Shown here one piece after another: positions 37,713 to 46,713 of a stretch of 46,821 bases of DNA. Both the position numbers and the translations under genes were made by a program. Source of the DNA: a virus (taxonomy: Duplodnaviria > Caudoviricetes); the IMG/VR virus record IMGVR_UViG_3300046025_000030, positions 1 through 46,821 of that record. One strand, 5' to 3'. Under the pieces are notes generated by a model. The model did no database searches, was not told the origin of the DNA, and worked only from the letters and a program-made list of their open reading frames with translations. Within the stretch, counting starts at the first letter, position 1. Each line of letters opens with the position of its first letter.

Positions 37713-37757
37713 AGCTCTCGCCGGCGTTCGACGCGGGTTCGACTCCCGCGAAGGGCT
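37713..37757 (+). ncRNA. Mini tRNA-like element (T-arm plus partial acceptor stem)
   Basis: GCGGG-TTCGACT-CCCGC T-arm; AGCTCT/AGGGCT closing stem. Confidence 0.45.
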
Positions 37758-37847
37758 CTCGGGCCACCACGCGCCCCGCAACTCACCTCCCACCCCGGCT
37801 CAGCGTCGACGGGGCGGTGTGGTCGGCCCACCCCTACCCACCGACGA

Positions 37848-37963
37848 GGCCTCGCACACTCTCAGCCACCCACACGCTCCATCCCCTCAGCGTTCCCGAT
37901 CGACCATCGGCACCCACAGGCGCGGCTGGCTGAGCCGCCCGCGTTCGAATCGCGGCGAGGCCA
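37848..37963 (+). ncRNA. D-armless tRNA-like RNA with a long insert
   Basis: Acceptor GGCCTCG/CGAGGCC+A, T-arm CCGCG-TTCGAAT-CGCGG, 8-bp stem CTCAGCCA/TGGCTGAG. Confidence 0.55.
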
Positions 37964-37978
37964 CTCCCAGCAACTACT

Positions 37979-38467
37979 ATGAATAACGAGCGAGCCAGCC
38001 AGGAGAAACCCCCTGGCCACGACCCCAACAGAACCACCGACGACCCCGACCCTGATAAAGGGTCAGCGTCCCCCACCGAGTCGCTCGAGGAACTCGTCGA
38101 AACCGTCGACCGACAAGAGCTCAGAAGCCGACAACGTTCTCGATCCACCACCGACAACCGCCGGATGAAACGCTGCCCCAGCTGTGGGAGCGTGAAAGTC
38201 AAACGAAAGCTCGACAAAACGATCGCGCAAGGCAAACAACGTCCGGGGGACTATCGGTGTGACGGCTGCCACCATCATTTCAACCAGCCCGACAACCCCC
38301 CAGATCGTCGCGATCGCCGCGTGGAGCTTCGCCGCGACAGCATCGATGCCGTCCGCGGGGACGCCGGCGTCGGCGACCAACGCGAACGCCCCAGTGGGGG
38401 GTGTCGTCACTCCGAGGACGCGTTGCCCTGTTGGGACTGCATGAGCGAGCCGGAGGCCGATCGATGA
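37979..38467 (+). CDS. Zinc-ribbon protein
   Basis: RCPSCGS...YRCDGC and a C-terminal C..H..CWDC. Confidence 0.65.
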   Translation: MNNERASQEKPPGHDPNRTTDDPDPDKGSASPTESLEELVETVDRQELRSRQRSRSTTDNRRMKRCPSCGSVKVKRKLDKTIAQGKQRPGDYRCDGCHHHFNQPDNPPDRRDRRVELRRDSIDAVRGDAGVGDQRERPSGGCRHSEDALPCWDCMSEPEADR

Positions 38468-38625
38468 GTGTTGAATCGGACAGCGGCAGGCTTGAGCAAG
38501 TTGCTGCACGCCTGGAACTGGCAGGCATGGACCTCCAGAACGGTGAGGTGCATCAGGCCGGAAAAGAGATACAGGACGCAGCCGAGGCACTGCAGCAGTA
38601 CCTAAACCAAGAGGGCGACCGATGA
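38464..38625 (+). CDS. Small helical protein
   Basis: MSVESDSGRLEQ..., coupled overlaps. Confidence 0.55.
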   Translation: MSVESDSGRLEQVAARLELAGMDLQNGEVHQAGKEIQDAAEALQQYLNQEGDR

Positions 38626-38930
38626 CGGCTGGTACCACGGAGATCGACCCCCGGCACGCCGCCCGGCTCGCCGACCGCCTCCGCAGCCTCATCACGAAAG
38701 CCGAGCCGGCACTCCAGAAGGACGAGCTCGAGACGCTCAGCCAGACGGCGAGCTTCCTCGACGACGCCGCTGGGGTTGAGCGTGGAGAGCGAGTGATGGA
38801 GAGGCCGACGACCGGCAAAACGTACGTCGTCCACAGATGGATCGAGCTTGGCGACGCCGGGGTTATCGCGCTGGAGTCGGAGCCCGCAGCGCCAGAGAAA
38901 ATTGAGGCCGAGGACGGGGGTGCTGGATAA
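38622..38930 (+). CDS. Hypothetical protein
   Basis: 102 aa, coupled. Confidence 0.6.
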   Translation: MTAGTTEIDPRHAARLADRLRSLITKAEPALQKDELETLSQTASFLDDAAGVERGERVMERPTTGKTYVVHRWIELGDAGVIALESEPAAPEKIEAEDGGAG

Positions 38931-39451
38931 TGCCGCTCGTCCGCGAGCACGGCCGCCTCGAGGACGACGACCGTGCGTGCGAACACCCCAGCCCGTGCGA
39001 GACGTCGGCCGTCGCCCGGGTCCCGAACCCCGTCGAGATCACCGCCGCCGGCATCGACCTCTGCCCCTACCATCTCGCGCTGTGGGCCGACACACGCGGC
39101 AGCATAGAAACACTCCGGGAGCTCGACGTCGCCGACCTCGCTGCTGACGACCGCTGGCTCTCCCTCGACGCCGCCCCGCCCCGGCTCGAGCACGACGCCG
39201 ACTGGCATCGGCTCGGCGTCGACCACCAAGGGCTCGCACACTACTACCAGCCCGGCCCCGAACGCGAGGAGGCCAATTGTATCGCCACGGTCGACCAAAG
39301 CCTCGACGTCGTCGACACCTACGGCCTCCCCCCAGACATCGCCCTTAACCGCTGGATCGGGTACTGGATCGAGTACGTCAACGAGCTCCGCGGCTGGGTC
39401 GCACTCGAAGACAACCCCTTAGAGGACCCTTCGGAGGCCGCGTCCAAATGA
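38930..39451 (+). CDS. Hypothetical protein with a Cys/His motif
   Basis: CEHPSPC..LCPYH. Confidence 0.65.
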   Translation: MPLVREHGRLEDDDRACEHPSPCETSAVARVPNPVEITAAGIDLCPYHLALWADTRGSIETLRELDVADLAADDRWLSLDAAPPRLEHDADWHRLGVDHQGLAHYYQPGPEREEANCIATVDQSLDVVDTYGLPPDIALNRWIGYWIEYVNELRGWVALEDNPLEDPSEAASK

Positions 39452-40416
39452 CGAATCCGTTCACGAAGTCGCTCGACGAGTTCCGCGGCCAACACGTCCG
39501 AGCAGTGTCACACGACGGCCGCACATACGAGGGCTTCGTCGAGCGGCTTCACCACCACAACCGGCACGTCGTCCTCCGCGGCGCCACCACCGACGACGGC
39601 ACATATGTCGGTCGAGTCCTCGTGAGTCACGTCGACGTCCTCGAAACCACGGAGCCGACCGGACGCGTCGAGCGGATCGCGCTACACGCGATCGAACCGG
39701 CGCCGTACCACGCCCGCGAGTTCGACGCCGCCGATGATCGCGGCTACATCGCCCGCGTTCGCAGCGACGGCTGGGCCGGCTCGTTCCCAACCGTCCGACC
39801 AACTTGCGGCGACGGCGACCTCGAGCATCCGGGCGACCGCGGGTTCGAGATCGTCGAGGGCCACAAGCGGATTTGGGTCGCCAACGAAGCCGGCCTCAAC
39901 TCTCATCCCGTCCACATCATCGAGATCGACGATTGGACCGCCACCAGGCGGTTCGCCGCTGACCATCTCCCAACCGAATCCGACCTCCGCGGAAACGGCG
40001 AAAGCCACGACGGCTACTACACCCACGTGGAGATTGAGGCCGCGATCAACAGTCTCCTCGAGCGCTGGAGCGGGCGGGCGCTAGATATTGATCGGGTTGT
40101 GTTCAACGTTGCTCGGTTGGACCTCCAGCATGTCGTCAAACGCACACGTGACGTCGACGAATCCATCGAGGAGATCCATGGCCGTCACGACGATGGCGGT
40201 GACCGTGAGGGCTATCCGTGTATAGAGTGCGGTAGAGAATTCGACAGTCCACGCGGGCTCGCAATTCACCGAGGCCACAAACACAAGCACGGTACCACGA
40301 AGTCACGAGATGTCGTCGACACCCCTGGGGATGAGAGCGAGAGCGACGACGATCGGGACGCGGATGGGTCTGCGTCCGAGGAGTTGCTCGAGACCGTCGG
40401 AGGTGCCGAGTCGTGA
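39448..40416 (+). CDS. LSm-like, ParB/Srx and C2H2 zinc-finger fusion
   Basis: GQHVRAVSHDGRTYEG..HVVLRGA; PTVRP..FEIVEGHKR; CIECGREF..LAIHRGHKH. Confidence 0.75.
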   Translation: MTNPFTKSLDEFRGQHVRAVSHDGRTYEGFVERLHHHNRHVVLRGATTDDGTYVGRVLVSHVDVLETTEPTGRVERIALHAIEPAPYHAREFDAADDRGYIARVRSDGWAGSFPTVRPTCGDGDLEHPGDRGFEIVEGHKRIWVANEAGLNSHPVHIIEIDDWTATRRFAADHLPTESDLRGNGESHDGYYTHVEIEAAINSLLERWSGRALDIDRVVFNVARLDLQHVVKRTRDVDESIEEIHGRHDDGGDREGYPCIECGREFDSPRGLAIHRGHKHKHGTTKSRDVVDTPGDESESDDDRDADGSASEELLETVGGAES

Positions 40417-42188
40417 CCAACGAAGTCACGGTCATCGATCTCTTCGCCGGCGCCGGCGGCCTCTCGACCGGCATCGCCTCCGCCTGCGAGGACCTCGACC
40501 TCACACCCGGACGCGACCTGGAGCTCCACGCCGTCAACCACTGGGAGCCCGCCATCGCCACCCACGAGGCCAACCACCCGTGGGCAGAACACAACCACGC
40601 CAAAATCGAGGAACTCTACCCCCCAGCGGTCGCCGAGCCCGGCGAGGTGACGCTGCTGGCGGCTGGTCCCGAGTGTACGCACTTCTCGACGGCCCGCGGC
40701 GGCAAGCCCGTCAGAGAACAGAAACGCGCGAGCGCATGGCACGTCCTCGACTGGATCGAGAAGCTCCGCCCCAGACACATCCTTCTCGAAAACGTCCCCG
40801 AATTCCGCGACTGGGGCCCGATCAAGGACGAAGCGCCGACCCGCGACGGCTCGATTTTCGAGCGATGGATCGGGATGCTCGAAGCGTTCGGGTACTCCGT
40901 CGTCTACGACACCGATACCGATGCCTACGGCGTCACGCTCAACGCGGCCGACTACGGCGACCCACAGAGCCGCCGCCGGCTATTCATCCTCGCATCCCGC
41001 GAACAGCGACCCACTGTCCCCGATCCGACCCACGATGACGACGATCCCGAAAAGCCCGACCGCCGTACAGCCGCCGAAATCATCGACTGGTCGACCCCTG
41101 GTGAGAGCATCTGGACGCGCGACCTCGAGAACCCCCGCGTGCAGCCACTCTCGACAAACACCATGCAACGGATCGCCGAAGGGATTCAGCGCCACTGCGA
41201 CCCCCGGCTCGAGCCGCTGGCCAACGCTGTCCAAGAGATCGGCGGCGACGAACTGACCGCGCTCCGCGAGCAGGCCGTGCCCGCCGCCGACGCGACGACC
41301 GTCGCGGCAGCAGTCGATGAGCCGTTCCTCGTCGCCCGCGGGCTTCAGGTCGACGACACGACGGGCTTCTGCCTCCGGCAGCAGTCCGGCGGCGTCCCGT
41401 CCGGGCTCGATGGCCCGCTGCCGACCATCTCCGCAGCGGGAGCGATCGGCCTCACGACTATCGATTCGATGTCGCTAATTATGCCGCGGAACGGCGCCCA
41501 TCGCGGGCTGCACAGTAACCCGTTGTATCGGCCCGCACAGCGTCCGCTGCATACCGTCACGGCACAGAACACTGACGGCTATCTCATCTCGTCGTCGCTG
41601 ATTCACTACTCGCACGGAGGCTCAATGCCGCCACTCGACAATCCACTCCCGACCGTTGCCACCGAGAAAGGCGGCGCATTCGGAGTTGCGCAGTCGTACC
41701 TGTGTCCCATGTACTCCTCACGGGCAGGACGACGGCCACGCACCCGGTCGGTCACCCGCCCATTGATGACCGTCACCGCGCGAAAAGCAGCGCCAGCAGG
41801 GCTCGCCACGCCGTTCCTCGTCGACTACCACGGCCAGAGCGACGTGCGAGCCCTGTCGCGGCCGCTCGGGACCGTCGAAACGAAGGACCGCTACGCACTG
41901 TGCGTCCCGGAGGCGTGGCCGTGGGGCCTCGACATCGGCTACCGGATGCTCCAGCCGCGGGAGCTGAAACAGGCCCAGGGCTTCCCGGCGGACTACCACC
42001 TGGCGGGCGACACGAAAGCCAAGGTGACCGCCCAGATCGGCAACGCCGTCCCGGTAAACCTCGCGCGAACGCTCGCCGGCCACCTCCTGGTGGACGAGAC
42101 ACCCAGCCTCTCGACGTATGGCTGCGGAATCACACCCACCGACGGCGTCGACGTGCCGAGGTATACGGAGGTATTGTCTGATGACTGA
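40413..42188 (+). CDS. C5-cytosine DNA methyltransferase
   Basis: DLFAGAGG, GPEC, ENVPEF, QSRRR, QGFP..IGNAV. Confidence 0.95.
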   Translation: MTNEVTVIDLFAGAGGLSTGIASACEDLDLTPGRDLELHAVNHWEPAIATHEANHPWAEHNHAKIEELYPPAVAEPGEVTLLAAGPECTHFSTARGGKPVREQKRASAWHVLDWIEKLRPRHILLENVPEFRDWGPIKDEAPTRDGSIFERWIGMLEAFGYSVVYDTDTDAYGVTLNAADYGDPQSRRRLFILASREQRPTVPDPTHDDDDPEKPDRRTAAEIIDWSTPGESIWTRDLENPRVQPLSTNTMQRIAEGIQRHCDPRLEPLANAVQEIGGDELTALREQAVPAADATTVAAAVDEPFLVARGLQVDDTTGFCLRQQSGGVPSGLDGPLPTISAAGAIGLTTIDSMSLIMPRNGAHRGLHSNPLYRPAQRPLHTVTAQNTDGYLISSSLIHYSHGGSMPPLDNPLPTVATEKGGAFGVAQSYLCPMYSSRAGRRPRTRSVTRPLMTVTARKAAPAGLATPFLVDYHGQSDVRALSRPLGTVETKDRYALCVPEAWPWGLDIGYRMLQPRELKQAQGFPADYHLAGDTKAKVTAQIGNAVPVNLARTLAGHLLVDETPSLSTYGCGITPTDGVDVPRYTEVLSDD

Positions 42189-42375
42189 CTCCGTAGAGAT
42201 CGTTGTTGAGTTCAACCAGCGGTTCACGGTGACGCCGCCGGACCAGATCGACGACCAGGCCTACGCAAAGCTGTGGTTCCGGAACACGTGCGGCGAGATC
42301 GGTCGCGACGTGCTGGACACGAAGAACGGTGATAACTACGAGGTAATCGAGGTACGGGAGGCCGACGATGACTGA
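42181..42375 (+). CDS. Small hypothetical protein
   Basis: MTDSVEIVVEF..., coupled. Confidence 0.55.
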   Translation: MTDSVEIVVEFNQRFTVTPPDQIDDQAYAKLWFRNTCGEIGRDVLDTKNGDNYEVIEVREADDD

Positions 42376-42826
42376 CGGTCAATCTGTCGGAGATACTGAA
42401 CGGTCGCTTCAGGAACGCATCGAGGAGGAAATGTTCGTCGACCCCGACCGCTACTACCTCTGCGTATCTTGTGGCCGACTCAAGCACGAGGACTTCTTTG
42501 CCGAGGGCGCCCGTACCTGCGACGTTTGCCACGAGGCAGGCCAGTATTCGGTCGACTGGCAAGAGGCTCCCGACGGTGACGGCTATCTATATTGCGCCGA
42601 CGCAAACCAGGAGAAGACGAAGCCTTCCGGCGACGAAAATGCGCTCATTTACGAAGACGAGTACCTCACGATTCGGAACCATCCGATGGCTCCCGGAGCG
42701 GTGAGCGTTCAGGTCGGCGACCAATCCCCGACCATCACCGATGCAAGGGATGTCTTCGAGGCGCTCGGAGCGTTTCTCCGGTCAGTTGAGCCGGGTATCA
42801 AGCGGGAGGCCGGTGGCGATGACTGA
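42368..42826 (+). CDS. Hypothetical protein with a zinc-binding motif
   Basis: CVSCG..CDVC. Confidence 0.65.
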   Translation: MTDGQSVGDTERSLQERIEEEMFVDPDRYYLCVSCGRLKHEDFFAEGARTCDVCHEAGQYSVDWQEAPDGDGYLYCADANQEKTKPSGDENALIYEDEYLTIRNHPMAPGAVSVQVGDQSPTITDARDVFEALGAFLRSVEPGIKREAGGDD

Positions 42827-43028
42827 CGGTCAATCGCAGGACGGTACGGAATGTTGGCTTGAAACGGAAGCTGAGGTGTCTGATGCGAAGCCAGAACCGG
42901 CGGCTCACGTACTCAACTCCGTCGCAAATGCACTTGAGAACGCACCTGGAGGCCGACGCTACGATGTTGAACTGACCGTGGAAGAACGGTGTGTAGAGTC
43001 AGGGATTGGGCAGGAGGCCGATCGGTGA
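42819..43028 (+). CDS. Small hypothetical protein
   Basis: MTDGQSQDGTE... Confidence 0.55.
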   Translation: MTDGQSQDGTECWLETEAEVSDAKPEPAAHVLNSVANALENAPGGRRYDVELTVEERCVESGIGQEADR

Positions 43029-43438
43029 TGACTGAACAATCGACCCGGACGCGGCCGAGCTACAAACGCGAGCTGCTGGAGGACGCGAAGGACGCCGAGA
43101 TTCCCGTTACCGAGGTCAATGTCAACGAAAGCGGTAATGCGACGCGCGTCCACGCTATCCAAGAGTGCGACGGCGATGCATATCGCGTGCAGATCACGTA
43201 TGACGAACGGGTGGATTCGCCGCCAAGCGTTCAGTTCGGGAGGTGTTACTGGGACGCTGACGTCGCCGTAATGCGGGACTGGTCGAGTCTCGCTACAGGC
43301 TCGCTCGCGGGTCCGTATGACTTGGCGTCATGGGAGTCGCTGTTCACCGTATTCAACGCGGCGCTCCGTGTCTACAATCGACAGATCCGCGACGACGTGA
43401 GGACAGCGGGGACCGACCGATCTGGGGGTAGCGACTAA
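43028..43438 (+). CDS. Hypothetical protein
   Basis: MTEQSTRTRP..., TGATG overlap. Confidence 0.6.
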   Translation: MTEQSTRTRPSYKRELLEDAKDAEIPVTEVNVNESGNATRVHAIQECDGDAYRVQITYDERVDSPPSVQFGRCYWDADVAVMRDWSSLATGSLAGPYDLASWESLFTVFNAALRVYNRQIRDDVRTAGTDRSGGSD

Positions 43439-43439
43439 C

Positions 43440-43922
43440 ATGGCTGGCGCCAGATATGAACGCCAACTCGTCAACACCCTCACAGACCTCGGGTGGGGCG
43501 CGCTCCGCGTCCCGACGAGCGGCAGCGCCACCAGCCGCGACCTCCCCGACGTCCTCACCGGCCGCCCCCACCCGGACGCGACCGACGTTGCGAACAGCGA
43601 GGCGTACGCAATCGAAGTCAAAACAACCAGCGGCACCACAGCCTACACCAAACGCGACGAACTCAACGCGCTCACCCGATTCGCCAGCGCCTTCGGCGCC
43701 CAACCCCTCGTCGCGGCGTACTTCAAACAACAAGGCGGTGCACGGTCCCGCTATTACCTCGTTCCACTTGAGGAGCTCCGGATGACCGATCAACACGGCG
43801 GCGTCCCCGAAGCGAATGCCACCGACCGCGCCCACTATATCGCCTATCCATCGACCCCAACCCAAGACCCCGTTCTCGAGACCGACCCCGGAGTCACCGC
43901 TCAAGGAGCCCCTCAGCCATGA
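43440..43922 (+). CDS. hjc: Archaeal Holliday junction resolvase
   Basis: GARYERQLV..GWGALRVPTSGS..PDVL..IEVKT PD-(D/E)XK motif. Confidence 0.88.
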   Translation: MAGARYERQLVNTLTDLGWGALRVPTSGSATSRDLPDVLTGRPHPDATDVANSEAYAIEVKTTSGTTAYTKRDELNALTRFASAFGAQPLVAAYFKQQGGARSRYYLVPLEELRMTDQHGGVPEANATDRAHYIAYPSTPTQDPVLETDPGVTAQGAPQP

Positions 43923-44026
43923 TCGTCACCTGCCTGGATTGTGGATACGCGAGCAGGGTCGCCGCCAGCGAGATCACAGACATCGAGTGGCGATGCCCAC
44001 TCTGCGACGGGGAGATGCAGCCATGA
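43919..44026 (+). CDS. Zinc-ribbon microprotein (35 aa)
   Basis: CLDCG...WRCPLCDG; ATGA overlaps at both ends. Confidence 0.6.
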   Translation: MIVTCLDCGYASRVAASEITDIEWRCPLCDGEMQP

Positions 44027-44187
44027 GCACTGGGCTTGACGACGCCAGACCCGCCACGATCGATGACCGGATCCGGGAGCTTGAAGAGGTCGAGGCAGAG
44101 CTCCGGCTCGTCGCGTCAACGGACTGTAGCTATGCGGAGTACGCGCGCCGGTGGCTGCACGCGCTCGAGGAGGCCCGCGATGAGTAA
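44023..44187 (+). CDS. Small helical protein
   Basis: MSTGLDDARP..., coupled. Confidence 0.55.
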   Translation: MSTGLDDARPATIDDRIRELEEVEAELRLVASTDCSYAEYARRWLHALEEARDE

Positions 44188-44542
44188 CAGTCAGTCTCCA
44201 GGCGGCACGGTTCGATCTCTGCCGGACCCATATGACGCGGACGATGCGCTGCACATCGACGAATTCCCACCCTACAACGGAGACAGACATGCAGCATTCG
44301 CGTTTGATGACGAGGGCAACCGGTACAAAGTCTTTTCGCGAGATTTTAACGCGTTGACCGAATTTTTCCCTGAGGAGAAATGGCGGGAGAACGTCTTACC
44401 GGAGCGGGACGGTGTCGGTGAGGCGTGTGCTGGCTGTGGTAGGACAATCGAGTGGGACGCGATCATCGTCAACTCGGCGTATCATCTCCGGTGCTACGTA
44501 GACGAGGCTGCTGAGCGCTCCGACGGAGGTGCCATACCGTGA
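44180..44542 (+). CDS. Hypothetical protein with a C-terminal zinc motif
   Basis: CAGCG..YHLRC. Confidence 0.6.
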   Translation: MSNSQSPGGTVRSLPDPYDADDALHIDEFPPYNGDRHAAFAFDDEGNRYKVFSRDFNALTEFFPEEKWRENVLPERDGVGEACAGCGRTIEWDAIIVNSAYHLRCYVDEAAERSDGGAIP

Positions 44543-45177
44543 GCGATCGCGATCTATCCACGGGCATCCGGCAGGTCTTCGGCGACGTCAAGGAAGGCAC
44601 CACCTGCCGGATCTGCGGGCGAGACGTCACAGACGGCCGGATGAAGTACTGCTCGAAGTACTGCTCGAACCTCGCCAGCGCCGTCATGGGCCTCTTGAAT
44701 TGGACGACGGTCCGCCGCCGCATCATCGACCGGGACGACGAAACCTGCCAGCACTGCGACTACGACCACACTCGAGAACGACACGCTCGCCGCCACATCA
44801 AGGCTCGGATCCACGAGCAGCTGCCCGACCGGCCACGAGGCCCGAACTTACTCGAACTCGGCCCGGGAGAGATTGAGCAGTCCGAAGTCGTGGAGCACAA
44901 CGAGGCCATGGCGTCGTGGCAACAGCAGCGAAACGAACTCGGAGAGCGATACGGCAACCCGCACGAATACGCCCGACGGCTCGAGGTCGACCACATCCAG
45001 CCGATCACAGACGGCGGACACCCGTTCGACCCCGCGAACCTCCAAACCCTCTGCTCAGACTGTCACACGAATAAAACAGCAACAGAAGCAAGCGCACGCG
45101 CCGAAACCCCGACGCGGAACGAGTTGAACCAATCCCTGTTTGAGTACGTCGCGACCGACGGAGGCGCCGGGCGATGA
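44539..45177 (+). CDS. HNH endonuclease
   Basis: RDDETCQHC, LEVDHIQPI..GG..NLQTLCSDCH; N-terminal CRICG..YCS..C. Confidence 0.9.
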   Translation: MSDRDLSTGIRQVFGDVKEGTTCRICGRDVTDGRMKYCSKYCSNLASAVMGLLNWTTVRRRIIDRDDETCQHCDYDHTRERHARRHIKARIHEQLPDRPRGPNLLELGPGEIEQSEVVEHNEAMASWQQQRNELGERYGNPHEYARRLEVDHIQPITDGGHPFDPANLQTLCSDCHTNKTATEASARAETPTRNELNQSLFEYVATDGGAGR

Positions 45178-45737
45178 ATAGTGAGAAAGCGGCCCACGTC
45201 CGAGACGCGATAAACGGCCTCCCCACTGTGGCCCACGACCCCAGGATCTCGCCGAACTACCCAAGCGACGGCCACACCACCGTCACCCGCGGAAGGACAC
45301 AGTGGACCCATACCGGCGAGTGCGTGAAGCTGAAAGAGTACGCGTTCCGGCCCGCGCGGATCAACGAGGCCGGTGAGATCGCCTTCGGCGACGGCCCCAT
45401 GCAACCGTGCTATGAAGTCGTCCTCCAGCCGTTGAGTATCCCGACCCGGCCACGCCCCACAATCAGCATCCCACCGGCGGTCGTCCACGAGATTGCGAAA
45501 TACAACTGTCGGCTCCGCGTCACAGCTGGCCTTCGTGGCGAATACACGCCCGGGACCATCCGCATCCGGGACGACTGGCAACACGAACTGACACAGGACG
45601 GCGACGGCGATCGCTGCCCCGCGTGCCGGTGTACCCGGTTTACACTCGCTGATGGCGTTCCGGTGTGTGAGCGCTGCGGTACACGCCTCACCGACCGAGA
45701 AACAGCCGCCGGTGAACGGGAGGCGATCCAGCAATGA
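45174..45737 (+). CDS. Hypothetical protein with a C-terminal zinc ribbon
   Basis: CPACR..CERCG. Confidence 0.65.
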   Translation: MNSEKAAHVRDAINGLPTVAHDPRISPNYPSDGHTTVTRGRTQWTHTGECVKLKEYAFRPARINEAGEIAFGDGPMQPCYEVVLQPLSIPTRPRPTISIPPAVVHEIAKYNCRLRVTAGLRGEYTPGTIRIRDDWQHELTQDGDGDRCPACRCTRFTLADGVPVCERCGTRLTDRETAAGEREAIQQ

Positions 45738-45892
45738 CCGACGATTCTACCGGGCGCCTTCGGTACACCTGTAGCAACTGCGGGGCATACTACAATCAGG
45801 ACATCTCCGCTGCCGGGAAGTGTCCCGTGTGCCAGAACCGTGGGCAAATCGATCGCATTAAGCGCTGGATTACGGGGTGGACGGATGAATAG
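45734..45892 (+). CDS. Zinc-ribbon microprotein (52 aa)
   Basis: YTCSNCG...KCPVCQ; absent from the ORF track. Confidence 0.6.
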   Translation: MTDDSTGRLRYTCSNCGAYYNQDISAAGKCPVCQNRGQIDRIKRWITGWTDE

Positions 45893-46295
45893 CGGCACCC
45901 AGCGCGAGTGTATCCACTGCAACGGTCCAGCAAATCACAAACACGCCCACACCGGGGAACTGATCTGTTGCGGCCATGCATCCATGGATATCGACGCCGA
46001 CCCGATCAAGGACGGCCATTCGTGCGAGAAATTCTACACTGTCAAGAGAATAGTGACAGATGTACAATGCGAACACTACGACACGAAGTGTTCCTCAGAC
46101 GAACTCGTTTCGTGCAACGAAATTGCCAAGTGGCGGATAACAACCAGCCGGTTCCCGGACGACCCGACCGATCCGTCACACCCCGGCGCGCCGACCGCGA
46201 CGCGGTACTGTCCCGAACACTTCGCAGATCGGCTGGATAGGATCCTCATGGAGGCCGACGGAGAAAAATTGGAGGTGCGCCTCCGTGACTGGTGA
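45885..46295 (+). CDS. Cys/His-rich protein
   Basis: CIHC, CCGH, YCPEH. Confidence 0.6.
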   Translation: MNSGTQRECIHCNGPANHKHAHTGELICCGHASMDIDADPIKDGHSCEKFYTVKRIVTDVQCEHYDTKCSSDELVSCNEIAKWRITTSRFPDDPTDPSHPGAPTATRYCPEHFADRLDRILMEADGEKLEVRLRDW

Positions 46296-46713
46296 TCAAT
46301 TCGCGGAGGACGTCGTGGCGGAGATTCGGGACATTCTCGACATCGACGAGGACGAAATTCTCACCATCCAGACGCCGCAGTTCGAGCGAGCGGACGACGT
46401 CGAGGCCGGCAGACCGCCACTCACGGCGGACGCGATGGATCGACTCACACACGCCGACGAATCGGACCTACAGGATCTCGGGCTCCGCAAGTGGTCCGAC
46501 GAATCGGGGTTGTGGCTACTCCCCTACAAGTGGCACCCGCACCTCCCGCCGGAGTATCCGCTGTTGAGTATCCTCGATGAATGGACGTCTCGCAGCGAGA
46601 TGCCCGCCAACCCCGACAAGCGCTTCGGCGTGCTTGCGGTAGGGATTGCTCCTGAATTTGAGAAGCAAAACGACCGTCCATTAGAGCCCGACACCGACCG
46701 GGAGGTCAGCTGA
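46285..46713 (+). CDS. Hypothetical protein
   Basis: 142 aa acidic; LGLRKW..LWLLP..DKRFGVLAVGI. Confidence 0.7.
   Translation: MTGDQFAEDVVAEIRDILDIDEDEILTIQTPQFERADDVEAGRPPLTADAMDRLTHADESDLQDLGLRKWSDESGLWLLPYKWHPHLPPEYPLLSILDEWTSRSEMPANPDKRFGVLAVGIAPEFEKQNDRPLEPDTDREVS

Noticed and set aside
37713-37963. Canonical tRNA genes
   Set aside because: No D-arm and no 7-nt anticodon loop or clear bulge-helix-bulge intron; reported only as tRNA-like
37690-37986. 98-aa Pro/Arg-rich ORF
   Set aside because: Composition is not halophilic and the region is better explained by tRNA-like structures, although its overlaps with both neighbours mean it cannot be fully excluded
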